Source of the DNA: Macrostomum hystrix
Taxonomy: Eukaryota; Animalia; Platyhelminthes
Length of the DNA stretch: 64,000 nucleotides
Assembly: GCA_950097015.1 (NCBI GenBank)
Contig: CATNEN010000037.1
Coordinates: 3,658,001-3,722,000 of the forward strand
Direction of reading: 5' to 3'
Below, piece after piece: positions 14,301 through 26,600 of this stretch. The notes beneath the pieces were generated by a model, which saw nothing but the letters and a program-made list of their open reading frames with translations, did no database searches and had not been told where the DNA came from. The position numbers were made by a program, and so were the translations under genes. Position 1 is the stretch's first letter. Every line of letters starts with the position of its first letter.

Positions 14301-14840
14301 GCGACTCATAGGATTATTCGGTCATTTATTAATGACACATTATGTCACTCATACGTATGAGCAAATTATCTCTATTTCTTTCATAATGATTAACTCAGCC
14401 TTCGAATCACTAAGCCGGCCAAAGCAAAGAAGACAGCATTTGCTCACCTGCGTATAAGTCTTATACTCGATGAGTTTCTCAGTGGCCCTATGCAGCAGTC
14501 CGATGTGAGGATCGGCGCGGACCACAGTCTCGCCGTCAAGCGTCAGGACCAGGCGCAGTACACCGTGAGCGGCCGGGTGCTGCGGACCAAAATTAATAGT
14601 CATATTTAGCACCTGCTTGTCACGATCCTCAATCATGCCGGTGCGCGGCAGAAACGGCTCCCATTTGCTGGCCCACTTGCGATCGGGGTGAGCGGCCAGC
14701 ATGTACTTTTTGTCCAACTCTCGCCTAGTTGGCATGTACTGTTCGGCATAGCCGCGCAGGCACTGCTGCGACGCGGGAGGGCGCAGCATGGGCGGCAGCA
14801 GTTTGGAGCCGGCTCGGCGGAGCAAAGTGGCGGCCGACAT
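11320..14840 (-). CDS. NDUFS2: NADH:ubiquinone oxidoreductase 49 kDa subunit (complex I), 4 exons
   Basis: Exons 14840-14448, 13588-13043, 12502-12272, 11541-11320, all phase-0 [28 protein letters not shown] and C-terminal [12 protein letters not shown] are present; Arg-rich mitochondrial presequence MSAATLLRR. Confidence 0.97.
11630..12250. repeat. 37 bp minisatellite in NDUFS2 intron 3
   Basis: Unit aaatatcccatcgaatcacatgaaaccgagttccata, period measured 11941 to 11978. Confidence 0.95.
12555..13025. repeat. 23 bp minisatellite in NDUFS2 intron 2
   Basis: Unit ggggaatggattctgaggggatc. Confidence 0.95.
13655..14245. repeat. 20 bp minisatellite in NDUFS2 intron 1
   Basis: Unit gagtcatttggtcactgagc. 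Confidence 0.95.
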
Positions 14841-16609
14841 TTCCGATTGGATGAGAAGGCTGCAAAGCTGCAGGTGAGGGGGCGCATGTGTCAATCTCAG
14901 TTTTGGATAGTAGAAAAATAGTCGATGATAAGCAGTCGATGGTTATCTTACTGAGCTGTACTAAGCAAAGTTAAGAGTAAAATCTTCAAGAACAACAGAA
15001 GACCACTCTTAGAGTGTTGACAGGCTTGTCAAAATTACTATCAATTCATACACAATTATACATTCTAAAAACACATGTAATAATAGCTTTGATTGCACAA
15101 CAGTAAATATAAGTAAAATTAAAAATCAAAGTTGTTAGTAGCCATAAACAAAGTTCTTATAATATGTATACATTTTTTGCAGAGACAAAAACAAATCAAT
15201 GAATTTCTTAAAATCGATCAGGCATAGGAGCAATAGAGAAGACAAGGATTATAAAAGCATTTTACTAGGTTATTGATGCCTAATTTACAAATAATCAATA
15301 AACATGAGAGGGCTGAAGATATTGTACTTATGCTAAAGGAACACTTTTAATATTATTTAAGAGGCTTGCATTGTATGAAGCATAATGAGAGAAACATAGG
15401 ATATTAAATCAGTTTCTTACCTAGAAGGTTATAAAAATAACAACTATCGTGTAGCTGTCAGCTGAGATATATCAAGAGAAAGGAGCAAGAATCTAAAAAC
15501 AGAGCAAGGTAAGAAGTAAAGAAGAACAAAGTCTAAATGTTGTAAAAAAGTTTAGTCTTAAAAAACAGCAAGTTCTGGATTAGCTATAGGCTTAAGCTAA
15601 GGCATAAAAGTATATCTTTTAATGTACTTTATTAGTCATAATCACATAAATGAACAAGTTTAATGCTAGACCTAATACTAGACCTAACATGTTTATATTC
15701 TAAATAGTTATTTATCATCATTATCAATCACAATGCTTCCACTTTGAGTGGTGATATTAACTTTTTGGTATTGATATAAAGACAAAAACTTGGCTGGAAA
15801 TTCCAACTGCACTTATTACCTAGGTAATTGAATTACTGTATACAACTGGCAAATGTGGAAAAATGCTAAATAAGGCATATAAAGGCATAAATGAGCCTAT
15901 ATTTCCTCTCCACTCAGTTATTTCTCTTATTTTATTCTTTCTTTTCTCTCTGATCTTTCCAGCAATTTTACTTTCTTGTCACAATTTCGTGTCTAATATT
16001 TATATTCTATTTTTCTTTGACTTAGCATAAGATCATATCACTTGTAAATTTAGCACACTAGGGCATAATATTATATATTTTAGAACTTACATTATGCTTA
16101 TTTTTTGTTTTTAAATTGCTGAATTTTTGCAGCAGTAGGCCTATGTAGCAATACAATATATAAAAGTAAAAGCACCCATTGCACTAGCACAAGGAAAGTA
16201 AAAAAAGCATTTCATTGAACAATTAGGTTACAAATAAATTTTTAAGTAGCTATAACTCTCTTATTGAATTCATATTCTATTAATTTAAATTAAATCTTAA
16301 ATTTTGATAGATTCTGGCTTGTGCATGACTAATGAGTAGGGCCTAATGTAGTTGGGCTTTATCACTATTTTTTATTACTAGGCCTATTGCAATTACATTT
16401 TACTTGCATTAAATTTTGTTGTATGAAGAATTGTTTGGGATCTTGCAATTAGAAATACTCAGTATTTTCTGGGACAAATCATCCTAGGGTTATCAAAATC
16501 TTTGGGCCCTTTGGCCAGGATATCCCAAGATTGACAGTAGTTTCAGAAGACCAGGATTTTGTAATCCCTACTATCAGTATTGGGTATTGCTATTACATAG
16601 CCCTATGAC

Positions 16610-16908
16610 AGAGGTTGTAGCCTAGTGGTTAGGGTGTCGAACTCACGACTTGAAGGTCGGGGGTTCGATTCCCGACTCCACTGAAACAATTTGTCCTTTA
16701 GCAAGACACTTAAATCTGCATTGCTTCAGTTCACCCAGCTGTTAAGTGGGTACCAGCATCAGCTGGGATAATTGAAGGTGGGTGTGGCGTCCCCCCAGTC
16801 CATGGACTGAACAGCTGTACGCAGCCTTCAGATGCGCCGCGCAATAGCTGCGGCTGTGCTGTCGGCTGCAGGTGTAATCAATTATTATTATAAATTATTA
16901 TTATTATA
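16610..16908 (+). mobile_element. tRNA-derived SINE family 2, full-length, with CORE-like central domain
   Basis: A box tagcctagtgg, B box ggttcgattcc, central ttgtcctttagcaagacacttaaatctgcattgcttcagttcacccagctgttaagtggg, (att)n tail; second copy at 56245. Confidence 0.8.
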
Positions 16909-18948
16909 GCCCTACACATTATTGTGGCCTTGTCTGGTAATCGCTGAGACAACCGAGCTTTTGTACAGCAAATTTATAGGCCAATGCCCTTAGGCCTACC
17001 GCCTACTGCACAGTTTTAGTTGATGATGAACAATTTTACGAATTGTACAGGTTTTTAATCGTTGTCTGTTAATCGAGAAGATTGAAGTCAAGAAGTAGAG
17101 TATAACCTAAAAGTCGCCATCATGTCTTACTTAAGTGTCTGTAGGTCTTGCAATAAAGATAATTTGAATAGTATGTAGCAATACGTAGAATAATATGGTT
17201 CATTCGTTCATTAAAAAGTAGACTTCGGAGAAGTTTAAATTGTATAGCTTTTCTGGGAAATGAAACGTAGAATAAGTGACAATAAGTGAAGAAAAATATC
17301 GAAATAATAAGATAACGCTATTTTTTGTTGCTACGAGTACATGCTTTATATAGTTGTCCTATATTTATAGAAGCAAGTTCTGTTCGAGAAATGATCCTTT
17401 CGCTTAATTTTGAATGCGTGATTTTCACGATCAAATAAAAGATTAATTGACCCACGTGAAATTGTGTCCCGTGTGACACACGCGATAAATTAGCTTAAAT
17501 AATTTGTCCTTAACAAATAATATTCGGGGCGATTCCATGCACCGAAAGAGCCACATAATAAAGTGATTACCCTTAAACAACTCTATCTATAGGAGAATCC
17601 CGAAGGGTTTCTCTATAGTGTTTTCGCTAGAAGTAGGCCACTTGTAGAACCCCTGGGAGATCCTAGGTATATGGATTTTCCATTGGGAATTGCCTTTGAG
17701 ATTGCATTATGATTCTTTCTCATCGCGATTTTCTTTAACTTTCAGACTTTAATTCAAAAGATCCGACGTCGATGATTCCCCTGTTGATAAAATATATATT
17801 CGAAGCCAATACTTTTGTATAATTCTTTTTCCGGTATCTACGCGCCACATGTGTGTAAAAATCGATAATGTAAAATGCGATTTATTTTTATTGCCACAGC
17901 CACGGACCCGCTTCAGGGTACTCTATTTGCATTGGTTTCGGAACTAATAAAGTTAAGACTTTAATTTCACATATTAACGAGTCAACTGAATGAAATGATC
18001 AATGAACTCGTAAGAAGAAATAACCAAAACTTTTGTTGATAAAAGTATAATTTTAATTTTAATTATAGTTAAGTATAAAAGGGTTAAAAGGAGCCATTAG
18101 TTTTACTTGGCAATCGAACAATTAAAACGAAGTCATGAAATCAGTTATAAAAAATCTTCAAAAAGTGAAATCTGCAGTGGTGGTAATATAACTTCGAGAT
18201 TACATTCTAGAAGAAATATTTTAGCTGGATAAGATAGTCGAAGTGTTTTAAAAAATAGATCAGCAGGTACAGTGAAAGACGATAAAATATTGTTGCAGCT
18301 CGTATAATAATACATAGTATTACCATGGTGTAAGCTTTATATATGCAGCTTAAAAGGAAACGAAGAAAATGTTTTGTGAGTCGAGTCGTAAATCAGGTAG
18401 AATATAGAAATATAAGAATTCGGAAAATAATTAAGGAGTTTATTTTGTTTAATTTATAAAACTTATATACGTGATTCGATAAGTGCGTAATAAATTAAAT
18501 ATAGCTAATCATAAATATTTAAAAAGGAAAACAGCTTACAACTGTAACAAGATGCTACTTTTCATGACAGCAGATATACAAGTCATTAGAAGTAGCGAAA
18601 ATTCCTGAGAATAACTCAGGACTCGACAAAAAAAAGAATTTTCTTAGAAGCCCATTATGTCGGACGAATAAAAAATTTTACTGTCCTGGAATGGCTCTTA
18701 AAGACGTTGTAACTAAGAGAGAGCAATATGGAGCACTAATTGATTACCGCGATCAATATCAACGATGATATCGAAATCGACGATTTTTCATTTTTATGAA
18801 AAAAATGTTTTCTTAGGGTTTCTATTTCTTATTTTATTGCTTATTCTGCTCTCTGGTCTCAGCGAGGCATTTTCTTCTACATCATTTTGCCATAGAGGTA
18901 GAATCTGGCTAGTAAGAGACCACATGAAAAACGCGAAAATAGGATGTA

Positions 18949-20370
18949 CACTCAGCAACATTGAAAAGTTTCCACCCTCGCGCAAGTTGTATATTTAGAG
19001 TTTCAAAACTGGTTTTTGTCGCCAGACTTGTGCCATAGACGATTGATGATTTCGTCAACACGCACTTGGGCCATAGAATTCAAAAACTTGGGTCATAGAC
19101 GCCAGACAAGTCGAAGGAAACAGTCACATGGAGCAGACAGCAGCATCTTACAGGAGTCTAAAATCCACGTTCGCAACCGAACGCAATGGTTCGCCAAATG
19201 ACCGACCTGGAACGAGCGCGCGCCATTGGCATGCTGGACGCTGGGATGTCCATCCGAGCTGTTGCTCGCCAAATTGGGCGGTCACACACAGCAATCCGCA
19301 AACTGCAGATCAAGTGCAGAGAAACGGGCAGCGTGGCGCACGCCACGCGCGGCCTGCGGCTAATTATGCGCAGTACAACTAGGAGGGCGGACCGGCGATT
19401 GCTGCGAATGGTAAAGGGAAGCCCCACATTGCCAGCCACCCTGCTACGGCTGATGTGGGCTGAAAGAAGCAGGCGAGGGAATGTCCTGAGCGCCCAAACC
19501 ATCCGACGACGATTGCGGGAGTCGGGGCTGCGATCCCGTAAGATGCGCAAACGGTCACGCCTGACCCCAACCCATGTGGCCAGCCGGGAACAATGGGCAA
19601 TGCAAAGGGTCCACTGGAGGCAGCAGCAGTGGCGGCGAGTGATTTTCACAGATGAGAGCCGCTTTCGATTGTTCCGTGCCGACGGCCGCGCCAGCCGCGC
19701 CAGGAGATGCTGCCGCAGCACGTGCAAAACTCTGAGAGCCAGTCAGCTTCTATTCACGTGTGGGCAGGCATCACAATGCACGCGAAGACGGAGCTCGTGT
19801 TCCTGGATGCGACTGTGACTGCCGAGTCGTACGCCAACCTTCTACAGACGCGCCTGCTGCCCTTCATTGATGCTTCATGTGGTGGCGTGGGGAACTGCGT
19901 CCTCCAAGACGACAACGCCCCACCGCATCGCGCAGCCGCTGGGGCGCATGTGAAGGAGCTGCTGCACCTGCGAACCTTGCGCTGGCCGTCCCGATCACCG
20001 GACATGAATCCCATAGAGCACGTTTGGGATTACCTGAAGCGCTCGATTCGGCGCGACAATCCGCCGCAAAATGTTGCCCAACTGCGCGAATCACTGTCTA
20101 CTGCATGGCAACAACTACCGCAAGATTTTCTGCGACGCCTGGTTCTGGGGATGCCCCGGAGAGTGAGCGCTCTGCTGCGCTATACGCGTTACTGACCCTG
20201 TTCTGGGCGAGTTGTCACCCATGCTCGCGTACTTTGTTTCTTTGCTGTTCCTTTGCTTCGGTCGATTCCGGATTATATATTTGTCTATGGCTCAAACCAC
20301 GAATATCTCCACAGACCAAAACGTTGCCCCTTCGCGCGCTAGGGTGGAAACTTTTCAATGTGGCTGAGTG
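18949..20370 (+). mobile_element. Tc1/mariner DNA transposon (DD34E), 1422 bp
   Basis: 30 bp TIRs cactcagc(a/c)acattgaaaagtttccaccct with one mismatch, flanked by TA at 18947-18948 and 20371-20372. Confidence 0.95.
19186..20195 (+). pseudogene. Tc1 transposase, frameshifted near 19690
   Basis: Frame 1 carries the HTH region and IFTDESRF; frame 2 carries VWAGI, LQDDNAPPH and SPDMNPIEHVW, with 34 residues between D and E. The C-terminus looks shortened (ALLRYTRY). Confidence 0.88.
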
Positions 20371-20658
20371 TAAATATATAGAAACTTCATAGGATCCTTG
20401 AGCTATTCTTCCACAGATCTTGAGTCATGTGTCCTTCAACGAGTACTTTAGTATCCTTAGGCGACTCTCATAGTAGGGAAGTTAATTCATGGGCCAGTCA
20501 TTAGACTGTCTGGAAATTATCAGTCATCTACGAAGTATGAAACCCATGGAAATGAAAGCGAATATCCAAATAATTCTGGGAGACCGGTTGATAAACTCAT
20601 GGTGACTAGCTCACACTGCATGGCTGCGCTTGCTTCAACGAGCTCGCATTGATATCAA

Positions 20659-23600
20659 TTAATCTGCAGGACAAGGCGAAGCAGCTTCATTGTGGCCAGG
20701 CTGCGGCATTCTCAGAATAGCTAGGCGGCGTTTCAGATCGTAGCTAAATAAAGCCACCACGGCTCCGTTGGTGATGCGCACGAAGAACACATCGGTGTGA
20801 GCCACGAATTTGGCGCACTCTCGGCCGGAGTGCCACACACGCATAGTCTGGTCCCGGGAGCCGCTGACCAATGGACTATCTAGGTTGGTGAAGTGACAGC
20901 ATCGGATCTGGAATCGGAACATTGCTCTTTGTTGGGAGAATGGCATCTTAGCATGGACATTGTACACACACGGTTACAGCACTGCCTGCACTTGTAAGTG
21001 GCATTAGATTACATTAGACTTACCCATAGCAGTTTTTTCCCATCAAGCTTTTCCCGTAGCAGTTGCAAAGGCTTTCACAATTGCTTTGCGAAGTAACTCC
21101 GCGGGAAACCATTCATATGTGCGGGAGGAAAGTCTTCGCGAGGAAAGTCTTGGCGAGGAAAGTCTTGGCGCGAAAGCCTCGGCGGGAAAAATCGATCGGA
21201 AATGGAAAAAATCTACAGGAAAAAATGCTACGGAAAGTCTCGCTGCCGTGAATGTTCCTTGCGGGAAAGTTCCTTTGGGAAAATGTGTTGCTGGAAAAGG
21301 ATCGCGGCGGGCAAAGCTCAGCTCCCATTTTCATGTTCCCATTTTGTCAGTTCTCTGGCCAATGAGCCCAAGCAGCTCAGGTCGCAGCCTCACCAGATCC
21401 GTGTGGCCGGCAAGAACCTGCAGGCAGCTGTAGTCCTTCAGCGACCAGATCTTCAGCAGGGTGTCCAGACCGCACGAGGCGAACGCGTCGCCAGCCCGGT
21501 TGACCTTCAGCGCAACTATCTCCATCTCGTGCGCCGATTTGATGATAGTCACGTGATCGAAGCGCAGCACCGAGCCTTCAGAGCGTTGGCGGGCCTCAAG
21601 GCGAGACATTTCCAGCAGGGCAGTCTCGGCATCGGCCGGCTGCGAGTCGAGGCAACAAAGTTTTCGAGTTTTGAGGCAACTTAATTACAAATTGCGTACT
21701 GCAATGCACATAGAAAATATGCAAACGGCACCTCGTGGCTACACTGAGCAGTGGTTCCAAAACTTGTGTACAGCTGTTCAGTCCGTGGACTGCGGAGGCC
21801 ACCCATTCGAGTTTTCTGATACCTTGATGATACCTTGATAGCCACTTTTATTAAGCAATAAGCAAAGGTGTCTTCCGCATGGTCATAATTTTACCTTGGG
21901 TTGAGATTCGAACTCCCGACCTCTCGCTTAGAAGTCCGAAGCTCCAAGTAATAGGGCTTCAAGCTTCCTTGCAATGCAGCAGGCTAATACAAATCTGCAT
22001 TGGATTTGCTAATGAATCTGCACTTTCTCATCTTCAGACAGTCTGCACTCTCATTGTATCTTGGGTGTTTGTCCTCACCGATTCGAACTTAGGTGCCTTA
22101 ATTCTACAGCCAGACGCATTATCGCTCCGCCATTCCCTCCCTCCCTATGTACTTAAATCCTCTAGGATTTTCCGGGATATGCAAGGAAATTCCGCGGAAA
22201 TTCCACGGAAATACATTTCACAAAAATATAATTTCGTTAATAACGAGGTGTTAGGAAACTCAGTACACGCAGTATACTATCTGCAGATAAAAACTCTACA
22301 GTGAAACGTTTCTACGTCCGAAACGAAAGCATTGATAACTATTTGAAGCAAAATTTCTAAGAAAAAATCACCTTCCACAAGCAGATGGATCCATAGAGCA
22401 GGCCGAAGATAGCCATAGACTCGCCAACAAAGACCACACTCTCCTTGCGAGTCAGCACTTTCATGTTGAGTCCCAACGGCTTAGCCAAGCAGACATCTTC
22501 CCGGTCTCCATTGTGATGATGCTCGTCCTGCAGCAGCGACCAGACGTTGATGAAGGTGCGCGGATTGACACCGATAGCGTGCCGAGAATCCGGCGTGAAG
22601 ATCAGGTGCACCGGCGTGCGATCGATGCGCACAGACCTCAGGTAGGCCAGGCTGTCCAGGTTGTACAGGTGGCAGTCGCAGCCGCCAGCCGTGTTGTCGC
22701 TGCGCACTATTAATTGGCTCCGAGTGGCGCGCACACGAGTTCCGCTGTGCCGCAGGGTGGCAATTTGACGCCGTTGGGCCAGGTGAAAAATGCGCACCTG
22801 GGGCCGCTCCCAGGCGCTGGAGTGGACCAGATAGGCGGCATAGCTGTGCGATGGTACAATCCGCACCTGGTGGCCCGGGTTCAAATATCAGTAAAAGCGA
22901 ATTTGTTATTAATAAACATATTTTTCGAAAACAGAGAGACGGAGAGCCAAACGAATCGACTAGAATTTTGAGTAGACATAGTAGAGATGAGAGTAGACTT
23001 AAGAGTAGAAATGATAGTAGAAAGAGTAGAGATGAGAGTACACAAGGTAGGCATAAGAGTAGATAAGGTAGGCATAAAAGTAGAAGATAAGGCCTCACCT
23101 TGCCAATCTTCATGTCGGGAGCCTCGGCCGGATTGAAGAGCTCCGCCTGGGCCGTGACCTGGGCGGATTCCCCGGACACTGTCCAATAGGCGGCTATGCT
23201 TCGATCTAAATAGAACACAACCAGCTGGCCAGGTGAGAGAACGTGCGCCGTGATTACTCGCTTGCGCAACAGATGAAATCCGGTGGCCAGGTTGTCCAGG
23301 TCGCACCGGACTCCAATTTGAGGCGATTGGGGCCGGCCCTGTGTGCCAGTTTAATTCAGTTATGATTATGATGATGACGCAATCACTTCGATAGCCTTCA
23401 TCAAGGATACTGGAGCTTGAACGGCATAGCAACGGTATAGCAACATTCATTTGGGGCGCAGCCCCGGAGAGAAGGCTTGGTGCAGTTTACGCCATTGAGA
23501 GCCAACCTCCAAGGCACAGTGAGTGTACACTGCCGGACAATGAGTAAGTCAGGGCAGATGTACCACCTGTGTGAGCGTGTGCCTGCGTACAGTATCTGTG

Positions 23601-26600
23601 TGCGTGTGTGCTCAGAAGACTAGCCTCCTCGCTGGCTTCGGGTCTAGTGTCACCAAATGTTGTGCCATTAACCGCAGCCTCCCTGCAATTATTATTATTA
23701 TTCCGAACCCTATGCTCGAGTTACACATAGTGACACTTATGGTCACGTGATTTTAAACAGCATAGCAACGGAAGACTTCAATTTAGCTATCTGAAATCAT
23801 CAACAATTGCGCATAGCTTATTTAACTTATTTATAACTTATTTAAGGTACATTAAAATTATGACACAAGCTAATGCTGGTAGCCATGACAACAACCCACC
23901 TAGCAACGTTATTTAATGCAATTCTCACCTGACCGAGCTCCAATCCCTCCCTGTAAACACTGTACATTGTCCCGCCGGCAGCGGAGGCCGTCCAATTAGG
24001 AAAGGCCTTGGACAGATTCCACACCCTCAGCTGCTCGTCGGCCGAGGTTGAGTACAGCCAGCGGCCATCAACCGCCAGCCCGGTGACCAGGCGGGTGTGC
24101 GCGTTGATAAACAGCAGCCGGCGGAGGGTCCTGGCGCACCAGGCCTCCACCTGGCCGTGGGTCACGTAGCCGATGAAGATCACAGTCTCGGCCGCTGCCA
24201 CCCGCAGGCAGGACGGCTCCGGCAGGTCGCTGACGAATCCGATGAACAGAGACAGCGGGCTGGTGTCTGGCGGGCAGGTGAGCAGATCGCGCAAGTAGGC
24301 GATGCGAACCAAACTGCGCTTGGCCTGCGGATGGCATGCTCTGAGAAGTTAACACTGTTTATTATAAAACCCTGCAAGCTTTGCTAATTAACAATAGAAC
24401 TACCAAAGTAAGGGAAATTCCCCCTGACGATTTTTTCGCTGCACCCGAACGGAGCAACGAAAGCACACGAAACTGTTGCGCATATTCTGAAACAATAATC
24501 AAGTCGCCATCTCTTCACTCCGTCGAGATATTCAATGGTTCTGGCCGAACGTCAGATTTTTCCTATAAGCGCTAGTGTATTTCATACGCGCCTATACACG
24601 AATTTGCACTTCGCCTCAGTGCGGCCTTGCCAGGCCTTCAAAATTTATCAGCATGTCACCCGAATGTGCCTGCATCATCTCCGTCTTCGGTTGTCACCTA
24701 CCTTCATCTAGACGGACTGCTGGACCTTCAGGGGCTACAACAGGTGAAACTAGACCACTATGGACACCCTGACGGCAATTTCTCTAATTTCACTGATCAA
24801 GCCTAAATACGAGTATTAGGCGCAGCTCAATCACAGCCCTCGCCTATACTGTCAACCAATCAGTTACCACCCAATGCTGTTAGCCTCGGGCGCTGCCAAA
24901 TAAAATTTTCAGGAGGGGGAGCAGAAATCGACAATTTGGTATAAAAACGGGCGGCAAAATGGTTTGGAAATCCTACTGTCAAAGTAGAACAAATGAGATT
25001 TTTTGTCCTGTAAAGGCGGCTATCAAGTAGAAGATCAAGCAAACCTGCGGATCGTAGCACAGGCAGACTAGCTTTCGCGGCCCGGTTTCCATAGCAACGA
25101 TTCGCGTCGACGGAGTGTGCAGCTCCACCGGCGCCGAGAAGGCGAACTCGATGCGCCGCCTGGAATTGGCGATCGGCGGCGACCGACTCAGGCGCACCGC
25201 CTGCAGGCAGCCGCGGTTGCACGCGAACAGGGCCGCCGCCGGCGGCGCCTGACGGCCGCGGCCGCTGACCACCACGAAGCCGCCGCCGCTGCCGACAGAG
25301 GGCAGCCAAGCAGACGGGCACTTCAGTGCTTGATCGGCTGTCTCAGCGACTGAATCGTCGTTGTCTAACTTCAGCAACTCGATAACAGCGTCTAACTGCT
25401 GCTGCTGTTGCTGCTGCTGATGTGACCCATTAGTTTTGTTTGAAGATGGTGCCACTCTAACGAAGTAACAGTGTTTCAGTTTATACGTTTTTTCAGTAGC
25501 GGGACATTGTGATAAAGCTATAAAGGCAAATTAAGAAATTTTCGTTCTTTCTGGAAAACTATACACGAGGTTAGAGATTTAGAATGAAAGAATACATAAG
25601 GGTGTCAGGAAGAGAAAGCTCGAGAAACTTCGAGAAGAAAAATTTGAGCCCCATTTTGCATAGCTCATGGGATTCTGTAGCCTGAATGCTAAGCACCCTC
25701 ATCCGATAGCAGTACGGAAATCTCTCGTCTGGTAGCAGAAGGGAAATCCCTCGCCTGGTAGCAGAAGGGAAATCCCTCGTCTGGTAGCAGAAGGGAAATC
25801 CCTCGTCTGGTAGCAGAAGGGAAATCCCTCGCCTGGTAGCAGAAGGGAAATCCCTCGCCTGGTAGCAGACGGGAAATTCCTCGTCTGGTAGCAGACGGGA
25901 AATCCCTCGTCTGATAGCAGACGGGAATTTCCTCGTCTGGTAGCAGATGGGAATTTCCTCGTCTGGTAGCAGACGGGAATTTCCTCGTCTGGTAGCAGAT
26001 GGGAATTTCCTCGTCTGGTTTTAATTTTGCGAGAGATTTGGATCTATATTAACGTAATTCTCACCTCGCCGGCTGCTGCATCTGCTGAATCGCCTGGGGC
26101 TGGACGCGTCTGGCAATCAGCGCCCACTGGCCGGCCTCGTCGAGAAAGCAGGCGTCGGCAATCTGGGCGCCGAAGCCGCGCATTCGACGAAGAACCCGGC
26201 CGCCGCTGCCGCCGACTTCGACAAAAAAAATCTTTTGCTTAGTCATAGCTGATTGGCCAATTTTTTATTGGTCACAACCCACCCCTCATCTTCGATTGGT
26301 CAAAACTCTTATCTCCCTTCAGATATTCAGAAGCCAGAATCCGCCCCAAATTTAAAACTGCACACCAGGTTCCACTTGAACCTGTCCATATACAAATAAC
26401 AGCCATAACAGGCACATTGCTCTAATACCTGTCCCAGCCGAGGCGAACTCAACCAGTAGGCAGCCGGATATTTTATCTTCGCACAGCTCGGCCTGACCCA
26501 GACGCACAATACAGCGACGAGCATCGGAGCTGAGGGCGCAGACTCGAATCGGCTGCTGACCATTTGCAGATGACGAAGACGCTATCGAGGCTGCTGACTC

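Noticed and set aside
16610-16685. tRNA genes at 16610, 21865, 33130, 56245 and 60707
   Set aside because: A and B boxes are present but there is no clean acceptor stem or cloverleaf, and each continues into a shared SINE body.
17590-17632. Hairpin ctataggagaatcccgaagggtttctctatag followed by ctag as a Helitron 3' end
   Set aside because: The base after CTAG is A rather than T, no matching 5' end or second copy was seen, and the stem is imperfect.
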